A stretch of 58,728 nucleotides of DNA, from NCBI GenBank assembly GCA_963663405.2, contig CAXXSM010000164.1, positions 1 to 58,728 on the forward strand. The letters run 5' to 3'. The DNA comes from a bacterium. GTDB lineage: Bacteria; Hinthialibacterota; Hinthialibacteria; Hinthialibacterales; Hinthialibacteraceae. The notes beneath the pieces are model-generated. The model worked only from the letters and a program-made list of their open reading frames with translations. It was not told the origin of the DNA and made no database searches. This document shows, piece after piece, positions 45,601-55,637 of the stretch; position 1 is the stretch's first letter; each line of letters begins with the position of its first letter. The translations under genes and the position numbers were made by a program.

Positions 45601-47165
45601 GTAAGCAAGCTGAGGATGCCCTGCGAAAAATAGAGAAACGCTATCGATCTTTGGTCGATCACTCGCCGGTGTGTCACAAGATCGTAGACCTCGATTTCAA
45701 TCTCCAATACATGAGCGCCAATGGTTTCCGGATGCTGAAACTGGAGATTACCAACGAGTATTACGGAAAGCCATATCCGTTCGATTTCTTCCCAAAATTG
45801 GCTTATGAGAAGATGGTTGACGCCCTTTCGACAGTTAAAGCATCAGGGAAGATCATGGACTTCGAGTCACAGGCAAGCGATGCGGAAGGTAACACCGTCT
45901 GGTTGCATCACACCCTTATTCCGGTATTCACCGATGACAACATTATTAATTTCATCACCGTAGTATCGGCGGATATCACCGAACAGAAACAGGCTGAGGA
46001 AGAGCGTGTACGCCTTAACACCCAGCTTCAGCAGGCCCAGAAAATGGAAGCCGTGGGCCGCCTGGCAGGCGGCGTGGCCCACGACTTCAACAACATGCTG
46101 GGGGTTATTATCGGCAATGTGGATTTGATCCTGATGGAGATGGAACCGGATCATCTGCTTTATGACGATCTAATGGAAATCAAACAAGCCGGAAAGCGCT
46201 CCGCCGACCTAACCCGGCAGTTGCTGGCCTTTGCCCGTAAGCAGACCGTGGCCCCCAAGGTCATCGACCTCGACAAGACCATAGCAGGCATGCTCAAGAT
46301 GCTGCAGCGTCTAATCGGTGAAGATATCGATATGGCCTGGATTCCGAGTGGGAAGGTGTGGCCGGTGAAGATCGATCCCGGCCAGATCGATCAAATTCTG
46401 GCCAACCTGTGCGTCAACGCGCGGGACGCAATCACCGGTGTCGGTAAAGTGACCATCGAAACCGGAAACGCCGTTTTCAACGAGGATTACTGCAAGGTTC
46501 ATGCGGGATTTGCGCCCGGAGAGTACGTCATGCTGGCCGTGAGCGACAACGGCTGCGGCATGGATTCAGAAACGCTGACGCAAGTATTTGAACCCTTTTT
46601 TACCACCAAGGAATTGGGTAAAGGTACCGGCCTGGGCCTAGCCACGGTCTATGGCGTGGTGAAACAAAACAATGGTCTCATCAACGTGTACAGCGAACTT
46701 GGCCAGGGTACGACTTTCAAAATATACCTGCCGCGCTACAATGCCAAACCGGCTTCATTGCTGGATAAGGAACCGGGCAAACCGAGTCAACCAGGCCGTG
46801 AGACGATCCTGCTGGTGGAGGACGAGCCATCGATCATGAAAATCACCACCAAGATGCTCGCGCAGCAAGGGTATACCGTTGTGGGGGCTTCCAGGCCAGG
46901 CGAGGCCATTCGTCTTGCGATAGAACATGAAGGTGATATCCAGTTACTCATGACTGACGTGGTGATGCCCGAAATGAATGGCCGCGACTTGGCCAAGAAC
47001 ATTTTATCTCTCTATCCAGGAGTGAAGTGCCTGTTCATGTCGGGTTATACCGCCAATGTGATCGCCCACCATGGCGTCCTGGACGAAGGCGTAAATTTCA
47101 TCCAGAAACCATTCTTAATAGAAGACCTAACCGTCAAATTGCGGGAGGTGCTGGATCAAAAATAA
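42642..47165 (+). CDS. Hybrid sensor histidine kinase: about seven PAS/PAC modules, PocR domain, HisKA, HATPase, REC
   Basis: Repeated DITE(R/H)K PAC ends; PocR GWQDVCTKFHR..C..YKCKNNLWD..NLFLGQFF; GRLAGGVAHDFNNML, DNGCGM, FEPFFTTK, GTGLGL; ILLVEDE..TDVVMP..QKPF; GAGG RBS before ATG 42642. Confidence 0.93.
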   Translation: MADKPTREEIKNKLRELALTDFEQKDLLKSLLMEEETYRHLFENMLHEVHIWEVIYDEHGSIKTWKLVDANPGALRSWGKSLSTIIGKTTDEIFPDSNATELFMPIVKKIFEEVTPHEWEVYFPATDQFLHMISIPFKNFFISTGLDVTQHKRNEIYLKQSLEMHKRTEAIAHIGSWEWDIQKDSVFWSEEMFRIFQRDPSEGAPSYAEHPSFYAAEDMQRLDNAVQLCISEGTPYALELRIIRTDGDIRYCVARGQSQTDENGEIARLVGSLQDITERKVMEDNLRKSEARYRGVVEDQTEIISRFQIDGTFTWVNEFSAQYIGKTVDELIGSSFMDFLSPEEQVKVRENLDQITVDNPVLESTQQFRLPNGETRYLQWRNRGIFDKHGEVVEFQGVGRDITERKAAEEALNEALLRQQEAVKAGNVGLWDWDLETNNVRYSAEWKRQIGYEEDEIGDNFDEWESRVHPDDLSRILGRIKQYIRDRASAYKVEFRFRHKDGSYRWILAQASVLTDENGEPYRVLGSHIDITEHKTVEEALRESEERFSKIFEMSLDLICIADINTTSFLTVNPSFKRVLGYEQHELVGRSFLEFIHPEDVDKTKTIVETHLKKGLFVIEFENRYRHKKGFYLTLDWVSHPLLEKGVTYAIARDITERKKAELALRESEHRVRTKLNALLDPEGDLGMLNLADVMDCDEIQSLMDDFHALTDIGIGILDLDGNILVRTGWQDVCTKFHRVHPETEKLCRESDSKLTSGVELGTFEIYKCKNNLWDMVTPIMVGGKHVGNLFLGQFFIEDETPDIATFREQARRYKFDEEAYLKAYHAIPRWSRETIDRVMTFYCNLINVISRLSYAHIKLAQTTEALRRSEGKFRALIENTIDWIWETGANGTYTYASENAYELLGYTNVELLGRTPFDLMDNEEADRVRSIFQDVAQKYDRILHLEDTLLHKDGHPVIFETNATPLIDENGDLLGYFGTCRDITESKQAEDALRKIEKRYRSLVDHSPVCHKIVDLDFNLQYMSANGFRMLKLEITNEYYGKPYPFDFFPKLAYEKMVDALSTVKASGKIMDFESQASDAEGNTVWLHHTLIPVFTDDNIINFITVVSADITEQKQAEEERVRLNTQLQQAQKMEAVGRLAGGVAHDFNNMLGVIIGNVDLILMEMEPDHLLYDDLMEIKQAGKRSADLTRQLLAFARKQTVAPKVIDLDKTIAGMLKMLQRLIGEDIDMAWIPSGKVWPVKIDPGQIDQILANLCVNARDAITGVGKVTIETGNAVFNEDYCKVHAGFAPGEYVMLAVSDNGCGMDSETLTQVFEPFFTTKELGKGTGLGLATVYGVVKQNNGLINVYSELGQGTTFKIYLPRYNAKPASLLDKEPGKPSQPGRETILLVEDEPSIMKITTKMLAQQGYTVVGASRPGEAIRLAIEHEGDIQLLMTDVVMPEMNGRDLAKNILSLYPGVKCLFMSGYTANVIAHHGVLDEGVNFIQKPFLIEDLTVKLREVLDQK

Positions 47166-47221
47166 GGCAACTGTTGCTCGGAGTAAGATGCAAGAAAGCC
47201 GAAAAAGGTATAGGAACAAAT

Positions 47222-47330
47222 GCCCAACAAGGCGCTGCGTGGTTCGTGTCTTTGCTCCCTCGTTACGTTTCGGGAGAACTAAAGCGCTCGAACGGATCCC
47301 CTTCGGGCGCCGCTCAACGCCGCATTAGCC
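47222..47330 (+). other. attC-like imperfect palindrome (degenerate)
   Basis: GCCCAAC-AAGGCGCTG ... CGCCGC-ATTAGCC with inner GTTCG/CGAAC and CTCCC/GGGAG stems; the 3' box is ATTAGCC instead of GTTRRRY. Confidence 0.4.
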
Positions 47331-47365
47331 ATGTAAAAGCATACTGATTATCTCGATGAAGGCCT

Positions 47366-48976
47366 ATGGATCCACAACTAATCTCAATCCAATACAGTGA
47401 TCCTCTATGGATAGCCATCGCCTTCCTCTGTGGCCTAGTTTTCAGGATAGTGGGTCTACCACCGATGGTCGGTTTCCTGATGGCTGGTTTCATGCTTAAC
47501 GGACTGGGTGTGCAGGGTGGCGAGTTTCTTAATGCGATGGCTGACCTGGGTATCACCCTTTTGCTTTTTTCCATCGGACTCAAACTCAAGTTGAATTCAT
47601 TGGTGAAGCCCGAGGTGTGGGGAGTGGCAACCTTGCATATTGTAATAGTCACTCTTCTGATTGCCGCAATGGTGCTCTTGTTATCGACTACCAGTCTGCC
47701 TTTGCTGTCAGGTCTTGAATTCGAGACTGCTCTGCTTATTGGTTTCGCCATGACGTTCTCAAGCACTGTATTCGCGGTGAAGATACTCGATGAACTGGGA
47801 ACCACCAGTGCAAGGGACGGCAAGACGGCAATCGGTGTATTGGTCGTTCAGGATATTGCAGCAGTGGTATTTATTGCTGTCTCACTAGGCAAACTACCGA
47901 ATCTGTTCGTTTTAGGATTGGTCGCATTAATACCACTTCGGTATCTCTTGAATTGGATTTTTGACAAGGTAGGACATGGTGAACTGCTGATTCTGTTTGG
48001 TATCGTGCTTGCCTTAATCGGCGCTGATGTCTTTGAATTGGTCGGAATCAAGGAGGATGTTGGAGCCCTCGTATTTGGTATGCTGCTCGCATACCATCCC
48101 AAGGCAAACGAACTAGCAAAAGCCCTGCTTGGTTTCAAAGAACTATTCCTGGTCGGCTTCTTTCTCAGTGTTGGTATGGCCTCTGTACCGGGCATAATGG
48201 AAATACTGATCGCACTGTTGTTCATCCTGTTTCTGCCTGTCAAGGTGGCTATGTATTTTGGTCTATTCAACCTTTTCCATCTGAGGTCTAACACATCATG
48301 GCGAACATCTTTTAACTTGGCGAATTACAGTGAATTCGGCCTGATCGTTGGTGCGCTAGCCGTCTCTGCGGGCTGGTTAACAAATGAATGGTTGTCTGTG
48401 TTTGCTGTCGTGATGTCAATCTCCTTTATACTTTCAGCGCCTTTAGTAAATATTCGGGACGAGCTGTATCAGACATGGCGATCCAGACTAAAGCGGTTTG
48501 AGCGTTCAAAACGCTTATCCGGCGAACAGAATTTGGACCTTGAACATATCAAGTTGGTGGTTTTTGGTATGGGACGGATGGGCACAGCAGTCTATGATGC
48601 GATGGAAACATATTATCCGGGGAGCTTGGTTGGAGTGGAAATCGATCATGTGAAGGCTGAGCGACATAGTGCCGCAGACAGGAATGTAGTCTGTGGAGAT
48701 GCAACCAACCCAGATTTCTGGATCCGCGCTCCCGAATTGATCGATGACCTTGAATGGGTTCTACTGACCTTACCAGTTCACAAAGCCAATGTTTTTTCAG
48801 CATTACGACTCAAAGAGATGGGATATCGTGGAAAAATCGCCGCAACAAGTAAATTTCAAGATGAGGAAGATGCCCTGAAAGCAATTGGTGTGGAGCATAC
48901 TTTCAATATCTACTCAGAAGCCGGCCTTGGTTTTGCCAATGAACTGCGAAATTTTATGGGGCAAACGAATGGATGA
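47366..48976 (+). CDS. CPA2/Kef-type cation:proton antiporter with TrkA-N (RCK) domain
   Basis: LPPMVGFL, LLLFSIGL, SSTVFAVKIL, GVLVVQD, FFLSVG, SEFGLI; VVFGMGRMG, VCGDAT. Confidence 0.92.
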   Translation: MDPQLISIQYSDPLWIAIAFLCGLVFRIVGLPPMVGFLMAGFMLNGLGVQGGEFLNAMADLGITLLLFSIGLKLKLNSLVKPEVWGVATLHIVIVTLLIAAMVLLLSTTSLPLLSGLEFETALLIGFAMTFSSTVFAVKILDELGTTSARDGKTAIGVLVVQDIAAVVFIAVSLGKLPNLFVLGLVALIPLRYLLNWIFDKVGHGELLILFGIVLALIGADVFELVGIKEDVGALVFGMLLAYHPKANELAKALLGFKELFLVGFFLSVGMASVPGIMEILIALLFILFLPVKVAMYFGLFNLFHLRSNTSWRTSFNLANYSEFGLIVGALAVSAGWLTNEWLSVFAVVMSISFILSAPLVNIRDELYQTWRSRLKRFERSKRLSGEQNLDLEHIKLVVFGMGRMGTAVYDAMETYYPGSLVGVEIDHVKAERHSAADRNVVCGDATNPDFWIRAPELIDDLEWVLLTLPVHKANVFSALRLKEMGYRGKIAATSKFQDEEDALKAIGVEHTFNIYSEAGLGFANELRNFMGQTNG

Positions 48977-49577
48977 ATTTGAATCGTCCAATAACATCAT
49001 TGGAAGAAGATTTAGAAGAATCGTTGTCATCAAAGACCTAAGAAGAAATTTCATGGACAACAAAATATAATTCCATGAAACAATCATGGAAGAAGAAAAA
49101 TGAGAATATACTGAAATTGGTCACGATGCAAAATCTAATATTCCTCATCTGTGTATTCCATTTAAATAGACCGCTGAATCCAGGAGAAAGCAGTCGTTTG
49201 TTCGAATTGTTTTCCAATTATTCGCATACGACAGAGGCCAAGTCAGTGGTTTTGAGTTCCGCGGATGGTTTGCTACCTTCAGATTTTCCGTATTCGTGGG
49301 CAAGGGTTTGGAAGGTTTAAGCGCTCATATAACGAATCGTTGCAGGGATTCTTGGACGACCGAGTTTCTTCAGTTTGGAATCCGGATCATTCAACTCACA
49401 CAACCAACACTGAAGGATATTGTCTGAAACGATATATAAGTTATATTAAAGAAAGTCACTATGGGGAAAACAATAATGCATTAGCGTAATATGTTCTTTA
49501 GTTTCTTACAATAAAAATTGAGCTCAAAATGGTCAAGAAATAGATCTGACTTACATTCGACTAACATATAGATTCGG

Positions 49578-49803
49578 CTAATGATGGAAGAAAGAAGTCA
49601 TCGCATTGTCATAGCAGATATCCGGTAACGTGCCGGTTAGAATGACTCGATCGAAACAGGATATGATTCCCCGAATTTGCTCCGCATGCCGTTCCAGAAA
49701 TTCATCCATCAGAGTCCTCCTCGATTCTCACTGGTTCTGCTATTCTTGACTCAACTCGAGGATTTCTCTACCCCCTGTTTGGTTCCGGCTCTGCCGGGTT
49801 AGG
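49578..49803 (-). mobile_element. Left end and N-terminal stub of an unclassified IS-like element
   Basis: End CCTAACCCGGCAGAGCCGGAACCAAA; GAGGAG RBS; MDEFLERHAEQIRGIISCFDRVILTGTLPDICY...* (49709-49578). Confidence 0.45.
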
Positions 49804-49933
49804 TTCATTATTATCTTGGAATCGAATCGGTTACGCGGAATTTGGTTTTCTACATTGAAATACTAGATCTTTGCGGACCGATTTTGTTTGCGTGTTTTTC
49901 ACTCAATCTCAACTTATGCTGAAAGAGAGTACT

Positions 49934-51040
49934 ATGACCAGTTACGCCCTTCTTTTGTATCTATTCGTTTCGCTTTTTAGTTTGACAACGCCTTGCGCGG
50001 ACGCCTCAAGCCATGCCGCTCCCATCAAGGTGATATTCGACACCGACATAGGCTCGGACTGTGACGACGCCGGGGCGCTGGCATTGCTTCATAATTATGC
50101 TGATAGAGGATTGGCTGAAATCATCGGCTGCGTCTACAGTTCGGGTAAGGTTCCTTACGGAGCCGCGGTGGTCGAAGCGATCAATGTCTATTATGGACGT
50201 CCCGGCATTCCCGTCGGCGCCAGCCATGATGACATCGTAGGAGACCCAGTCGACAAAATGCAGGCGGAAAAGCTCGCCCGCGATCGGACGGCCTATGGAC
50301 ATAGCATCGTTCACAACCACGACGCGCCCGAAATGACCTTGCTGAATCGCCGTCTGCTGGCCGTACAACCTGACCAAAGCGTCACATACATCACGGTTGG
50401 GCACACCAAAGGTCTTCATGATTTGCTGGTTTCATCACCGGACGAAATATCTTCGCTTTCTGGCGAAGAATTGATCCGGAAAAAGATATCCCGTTGGGTG
50501 GCGCTCGGCGCGTTAAGCGCCATGAATCCTCAAAACCAGTTCGCCAAAGACTGGAATTTCTTCCACAATGGAACTGCCCCCTACACCAGCGAATTGATCA
50601 AGCGCTTTCCCGTGCCTGCGTATTTCATAGACGCTGGCAGTGATGTCATGACTGGACGCGCGCTGAAACAAACGCAGCCTGGTAACATCGTACGCGACGC
50701 CTATCGTGACTGGCTCTGGAATTACAGCCAACGCACACTTGACGATCAGCGTCCCAGTTGGGATCTTGCTGCGGTCTATTTCTCGGTCGAAGGCACAGGC
50801 GAATATCTCCGTGATATCGGGCCAGGGCATCTTAAGTTTGATGTGGAAAAAGGTTCTCTCTGGGTAGCTGGCGAAAACAATATGCGGCGCCACTACATTA
50901 AGCAGAAAGATAACATAAGTTTTTTATTCTCCAGCTATTTGAATCAATGTATTGCAACGGCGCCGAAATTTCGCCCGGATCCTGACAGACTAAGGAATGA
51001 AAGCAGCGAGAAGAAATCAGATTATGTTGGGAATCATTGA
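49934..51040 (+). CDS. Secreted inosine/uridine-preferring nucleoside hydrolase family protein
   Basis: Signal peptide; VIFDTDIGSDCDDAGAL, YITVG, DWNF, RPSWDL. Confidence 0.85.
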   Translation: MTSYALLLYLFVSLFSLTTPCADASSHAAPIKVIFDTDIGSDCDDAGALALLHNYADRGLAEIIGCVYSSGKVPYGAAVVEAINVYYGRPGIPVGASHDDIVGDPVDKMQAEKLARDRTAYGHSIVHNHDAPEMTLLNRRLLAVQPDQSVTYITVGHTKGLHDLLVSSPDEISSLSGEELIRKKISRWVALGALSAMNPQNQFAKDWNFFHNGTAPYTSELIKRFPVPAYFIDAGSDVMTGRALKQTQPGNIVRDAYRDWLWNYSQRTLDDQRPSWDLAAVYFSVEGTGEYLRDIGPGHLKFDVEKGSLWVAGENNMRRHYIKQKDNISFLFSSYLNQCIATAPKFRPDPDRLRNESSEKKSDYVGNH

Positions 51041-51329
51041 AATTTCATTCAGGGGAAAAAGTATATCCGGATAGCCACGTTCGGTTTGCTTTTAATCAAT
51101 TGTAGCGCCGCATTCGACTGGGCATTCGGCGGAAGAGGACGTAATGCTATAAGACTCAGTGGATGTGGAGGAATCTATTTCTACGCGCCACCCGGAGAAC
51201 TGTGGATTGAGGTGCAAAAGCAAATCTCAACATACGCGGAAACAAGACGGATTTGTTTGCACTGCTTTTTGCTCCGGATCGAAAGGTTGTCGACCAGGCA
51301 TGGATAAGCGATTACGAAAGAACTACTAG

Positions 51330-52035
51330 TGAAGTGCCCCTCAAAATTTTGACAGTGGTTTAAGGTGGAAATCCGCCGAGTCGACAACTTGGCTTGAAGG
51401 ATTAACCATAAAGAACAAACGCAACTAATTCAGCGGCGCGTTCAAAGCGAAAGTGGCTTTGAGCGCGATCAAGGGACAGAAAACCCTGTCCAAACTCCCC
51501 AGTCTGCACGAAGCGCATCCGAACCAGATACGGCAATGGAAAAAGAAAGTCATTGATGAGTTACCTCATCTCTTTTCACTTAAGCGCAAGAAAGCGGACC
51601 CGGATCAGAAAGCGCTCATCGATGAGTTGTACAAACAGATCGGGGAGTTGAAAGTGAAACTCGACTGGCTTAAAAAAAATCTGATCCTTTCGGTTGAGAT
51701 TAAACGCTCGTGGATCGATCCTGACCATCCCCACATTTCCATTTCATGTTAATGCGAACTCGTGGGGCTCCCCCGGTCAGGCTATTACTATCAATCCAAA
51801 GGCGAGACCCGTTGCAACGTGAGTTTGATGAATATGATCAATGAACAATACACCCTGTATCGTTCTATGGTGTACGCCGTATGACCAAGTGGCTTTGGCT
51901 TTAAGGCTACGCCGTGAACAAAAAGCGCGTCAGCCGTTTAATGCGCCGAATGGGCCTGCAGGCGATCGATCCCAAGCCCCGTTTGAGTCAGGGCCAGGAT
52001 GAACACAAGAACTATCCTTACAAGGATGTCCTCCA
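51330..52035 (+). mobile_element. Degenerate IS3-family element (orfA plus truncated orfB)
   Basis: TGAAGTGCCCCTCAAAATTTTGACA end; FKAKVAL.AIKG, HPNQIRQWK, LYKQIGELKVKLDWLKKN with A8 slippery run; orfB LGL.RS.YY, YGVRRMT, NKKR..RLMR.MGLQA with stops. Confidence 0.8.
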
Positions 52036-52347
52036 TCTGAGCGTGGACAAGGATTCGTCGTAAGGCAGATAAACAAATGAGGTGAAAACCATGGATGAAC
52101 CAAACCGTGAAAAACAAACAAAGAGTGAATCGTTTCTGAAAACTGTTAATAACACCCCGGATTCAAAGCCGGATAAACCGGTTGAGATAATCGAGATGAA
52201 TAATATCCGAGCGGCGATTTTTGAGAAAAAGCGGTATGGGAAGAATGGAAAAGACGATACGTTTTATCAGATTTCGTTCAGTGCGCGGTATTTAAAGGAT
52301 GGGCGTTGGCGGACAAGTCATTCATTTCGGCCAAGAGAAATTAAGTT

Positions 52348-54679
52348 CAGACCTCCTGAGCTGGGCCGGGGGATTCCGCAGAATTGATGATTTTGGCAAG
52401 ATACCTTTTTGGGGATAAAAACGATCGATCTAAAAAGGAGCCTAGTTGATGCCACAAGAATTCTTACCTCACTTTGCCGATACTGAGGAAGGCTACATCA
52501 CTGATTTACTCTCGTACCGGAAGCATGGAGGTTCGGTCTATTATTTTCACGGCGCCTTCCCTATTTTCAATCATCTTGAAACCGATCGAAAGAGTTTTCG
52601 TATGATTACCAGTCAGTTCGTAGAGAACAAGCAATGCACGCAGATGGAGATCGTTCGAGCGTTTGGGGTGAGCGTGATCAGCGTGAAGCGGTGGGTCAAG
52701 AAATACCGGCAAGGCGGAGCGGCGGCGTTCTTTGAAACGCCTCGAACGCGAGGCGCGCATGTCTTGACGAAAGACGTTCTCCAGCAAGCGCAAGAATTCT
52801 TGAACGAGGGGCTCTCTCGAGTGGAGATCGCCAACCAGCTGGGCCTTAAGCGGAACACGTTGAATAAAGCGATCCAAGCCGGCCGCCTGGTGGAACCGCT
52901 AAAAAAAAACGGTGGCGAAGGCCGCCCGAAAAGCGAGCGAAGCGTAGAAGACAGCCAAGCGGCGATGGGGATGGGCTGTACGCGGATGGTGGAGCGGGTC
53001 TGCGCGGCGACCGGGCAGTTGGAAGAAGCCCCGACTCGTTTCGAGATGGAATTGGATGTGGCGCAAGGCGGCGTGTTATGGGCAATGCCCGCGTTACTCG
53101 CCAACGGGCTGCTGAAGAATGTCTCGAAGAACTTTTCTCTCCCCAAAGGATTTTACAGTTGCGTCCACATTTTTATTGTGTTGGCTTTCATGGCGTTGAC
53201 GCGGATCAAAACGCCGGAACAGTTGCGCTATCATCCCGCGGGGGAAGGGGGCAAGTTACTGGGCTTGGATCGAATTCCCGAAGTGCGGACCCTGCGGGAA
53301 AAAATCAAAATTCTCGCTCAACCGGACCGGATCAAAGAATGGGGAGACGAATTATCCCGGGAGTGGATGGAGGCGGATCCGGACGCGGCGGGCGTTTTGT
53401 ATGTCGATGGTCATGTCCGCGTCTATCACGGTTCGCAAACGAAACTGCCCCGCCGTTACGTCGCGCGTCAACGATTATGTTTGCGTGGACTCACCGACTA
53501 TTGGGTGAACGACGGCGAAGGCCGCCCCTTCTTTGTGGTGAGCACTCCATTCACCACCGGCTTGTTGGATCGGCTCAAACAGGACATTGTTCCCCAGTTG
53601 CTAAAAGATGTTCCCCACCAACCCACGGCAGAAGATCTGGAAGCCAATCCTTATCTCCACCGGTTCCTCCTGGTGTTCGACCGGGAAGGCTATAGCCCGG
53701 AGTTCTTCGCCCAAATGTGGGATTCGCGGATCGCGTGTCAAACGTATCGCAAGTTTCAGGGAGAAGATTGGCCGGTTACAGAATTCGAAACGGTGAATGT
53801 GCGTCTGCCCGGCGGACATGAGGCGCCGATGCGTTTGGCCGAGAGAGGCGTCTTTCTGGGAGGGAGAATCTGGGTGCGGGAGATTCGCAAGTTGGGAGAG
53901 ACGGGGCATCAAACCGCCGTGATCAGTACGGATTATACATCAGACGCAAGTCAAATAGCGGCCCATATGTTCGCGCGTTGGTGTCAGGAAAACTTCTTCC
54001 GCTACATGATGGAACACTATCATTTAGATGGACTTATCGGGTATGAAACAGTCTTGCCGGATGAGACGATGAAGGTGGTGAATCCGGCCTACCGGAAATT
54101 GGAAAGCCAGATCAAAAGCCTGGCGGGAAAAAAGGTCCGAAAGCAAGCGGAGTTCGGCGCCCTTGTCCTGCAGGAACCCTCCGATCCGAAAGTGATCGAA
54201 CGCTATGAAATCCAGAAAGGCGCCCTCCTTGAAGAGATCGGAGGGATGGAGAAACTACTCGAGGAGTTCAAACAGCGCCGGAAGGAAACGAAAAAACATA
54301 TTACGTTTGGGGACTTGCCAGAGGAAGCAAAATTTCACCAATTGGCGCCGGTGAAGAAACAATTCATGGATACGATTCGAATGATTGCATATCGAGCGGA
54401 AACGGCGATGGTGTCAATCCTGCGGGAGGTGCTGAGCCGGGGGGATGATGCGCGTTCGTTGGCGCGAGAAATCATGACCACCGAAGCGGACCTGATTCCC
54501 GATGAAGAAAAAGAGATTCTCACGATTCGGCTCCATCACTTGACCAACCACCTTTCCGATCAAGCCGCCCGTCATTTGGCCGCTCAATTGAATGAAACCG
54601 AAACCACTTATCCTGGCACGAATCTACGTCTCGTTTACCAATTGGTGTCAGATCAATATCCCCCAGATCAGGAGACCTG
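52348..54679 (+). mobile_element. Complete unclassified (ISNCY-type) IS with 5-bp target duplication
   Basis: IRs CAGACCTCCTGAGCTGGG / CAGGTCTCCTGATCTGGG (rc); AAGTT at 52343-52347 and 54680-54684. Confidence 0.85.
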
Positions 54680-54680
54680 A
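52446..54680 (+). CDS. HTH-DDE transposase
   Basis: Two N-terminal HTHs; LYVDGH, VFDREGYS, MFARWCQENFFRY. Confidence 0.85.
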   Translation: MMPQEFLPHFADTEEGYITDLLSYRKHGGSVYYFHGAFPIFNHLETDRKSFRMITSQFVENKQCTQMEIVRAFGVSVISVKRWVKKYRQGGAAAFFETPRTRGAHVLTKDVLQQAQEFLNEGLSRVEIANQLGLKRNTLNKAIQAGRLVEPLKKNGGEGRPKSERSVEDSQAAMGMGCTRMVERVCAATGQLEEAPTRFEMELDVAQGGVLWAMPALLANGLLKNVSKNFSLPKGFYSCVHIFIVLAFMALTRIKTPEQLRYHPAGEGGKLLGLDRIPEVRTLREKIKILAQPDRIKEWGDELSREWMEADPDAAGVLYVDGHVRVYHGSQTKLPRRYVARQRLCLRGLTDYWVNDGEGRPFFVVSTPFTTGLLDRLKQDIVPQLLKDVPHQPTAEDLEANPYLHRFLLVFDREGYSPEFFAQMWDSRIACQTYRKFQGEDWPVTEFETVNVRLPGGHEAPMRLAERGVFLGGRIWVREIRKLGETGHQTAVISTDYTSDASQIAAHMFARWCQENFFRYMMEHYHLDGLIGYETVLPDETMKVVNPAYRKLESQIKSLAGKKVRKQAEFGALVLQEPSDPKVIERYEIQKGALLEEIGGMEKLLEEFKQRRKETKKHITFGDLPEEAKFHQLAPVKKQFMDTIRMIAYRAETAMVSILREVLSRGDDARSLAREIMTTEADLIPDEEKEILTIRLHHLTNHLSDQAARHLAAQLNETETTYPGTNLRLVYQLVSDQYPPDQET

Positions 54681-54846
54681 AGTTTGTGATTTATGTGCTT
54701 ATGCAGGTGGATCAGTTTCTCAAACAAAGGCTTGGATCGCAAATGACACAATCAAAGTCGAACGTTAGATCCGGGGACGAAGGAATAACTTCTGGAATGT
54801 TGGCCGATCAATGATAATGAATTGCTAGCGGTAAAGAGGTGAGTTG

Positions 54847-55464
54847 TCATTCTGTGAAAAACCTCGGAGGAGAGTTTTGTGGAATCATGACATAAACATC
54901 ACCGTTACTTTGGGTTCCGTTTGTAGTATCATAGGTCAACCCATTATAACCGATACTTGTCGAAATATCCGTGATTATTAGAGAAGGGCCGCGGCTGATT
55001 AACACAAACCCATTTTGATTGTGTTCCTTGAAAGGAAACAATTTATTTAATTCTCTCTTGTCCGTTGCAATAAGAATGGATTCTTCGTAGAAACGATCTG
55101 GGAATGGATCATAAAAAAAGTCGTGAGATACATATTTCGAGAGAGATGGATAAAAGAAGTTTGAAGCAAGATGAGGATCCGATCCAAAGTCAGTCACACT
55201 ATTTCCTGGGATATCAACCCATGAATGTGTATGTAGGTCCTCGGACCAAATGCCGGTTTCTACATAATAGATCACATGATATTGCGAAAGAGTCTTGCTT
55301 TTTGCATAAAATGAAGACAATCTCGCCTTCGTGAGACAATGTTGATAACAGGAAATGCAAATCAGAGCGATTATCGATATAACGCTGACGCAAACAGAAA
55401 GTTCCATCAGCGTATAGGATTGAATTCCTGGATTTAAAAAAGAATGGCCTTTTTCTTTCCCCAT
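54847..55464 (-). CDS. Prepilin/pseudopilin-type N-methylation protein
   Basis: SYTLMELSVCVSVISIIAL..Y...TKARLS; DPF; LISRGP; YDTTNGTQSNGDV. Confidence 0.7.
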   Translation of the reverse strand: MGKEKGHSFLNPGIQSYTLMELSVCVSVISIIALICISCYQHCLTKARLSSFYAKSKTLSQYHVIYYVETGIWSEDLHTHSWVDIPGNSVTDFGSDPHLASNFFYPSLSKYVSHDFFYDPFPDRFYEESILIATDKRELNKLFPFKEHNQNGFVLISRGPSLIITDISTSIGYNGLTYDTTNGTQSNGDVYVMIPQNSPPRFFTE

Positions 55465-55637
55465 TTTATTTGGACACGATCAATCAATTTAGCCCAATCT
55501 AAAATAAAAAAAACTATTTGTCAAATGCTTTTCGATAATAGATTGAATTTATCGATGGGGTTTTTTCTTGCATAACTGGAATGAATATTTATTAAGAAGG
55601 AATGTGTTGGCGGATGAGGGAACGGCTACTGAATTAT

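Larger units (their letters stand above)
52091..54814 (+). pseudogene. Small PC4/SSB-like DNA-binding protein gene interrupted by an IS
   Basis: KPVEII..NIRAAIF..FYQISFSARYLKDGRWRTSHSFRPREI; removing 52348-54684 restores IKFVIYVLMQVDQFLKQRL...* (stop 54812-54814). Confidence 0.6.

Noticed and set aside
49075-49489. Short ORFs downstream of the antiporter
   Set aside because: No recognisable motifs; probably decayed sequence.
51020-51329. ORF remnant after the nucleoside hydrolase
   Set aside because: Fragmented and cut by the IS3 end; no product can be supported.
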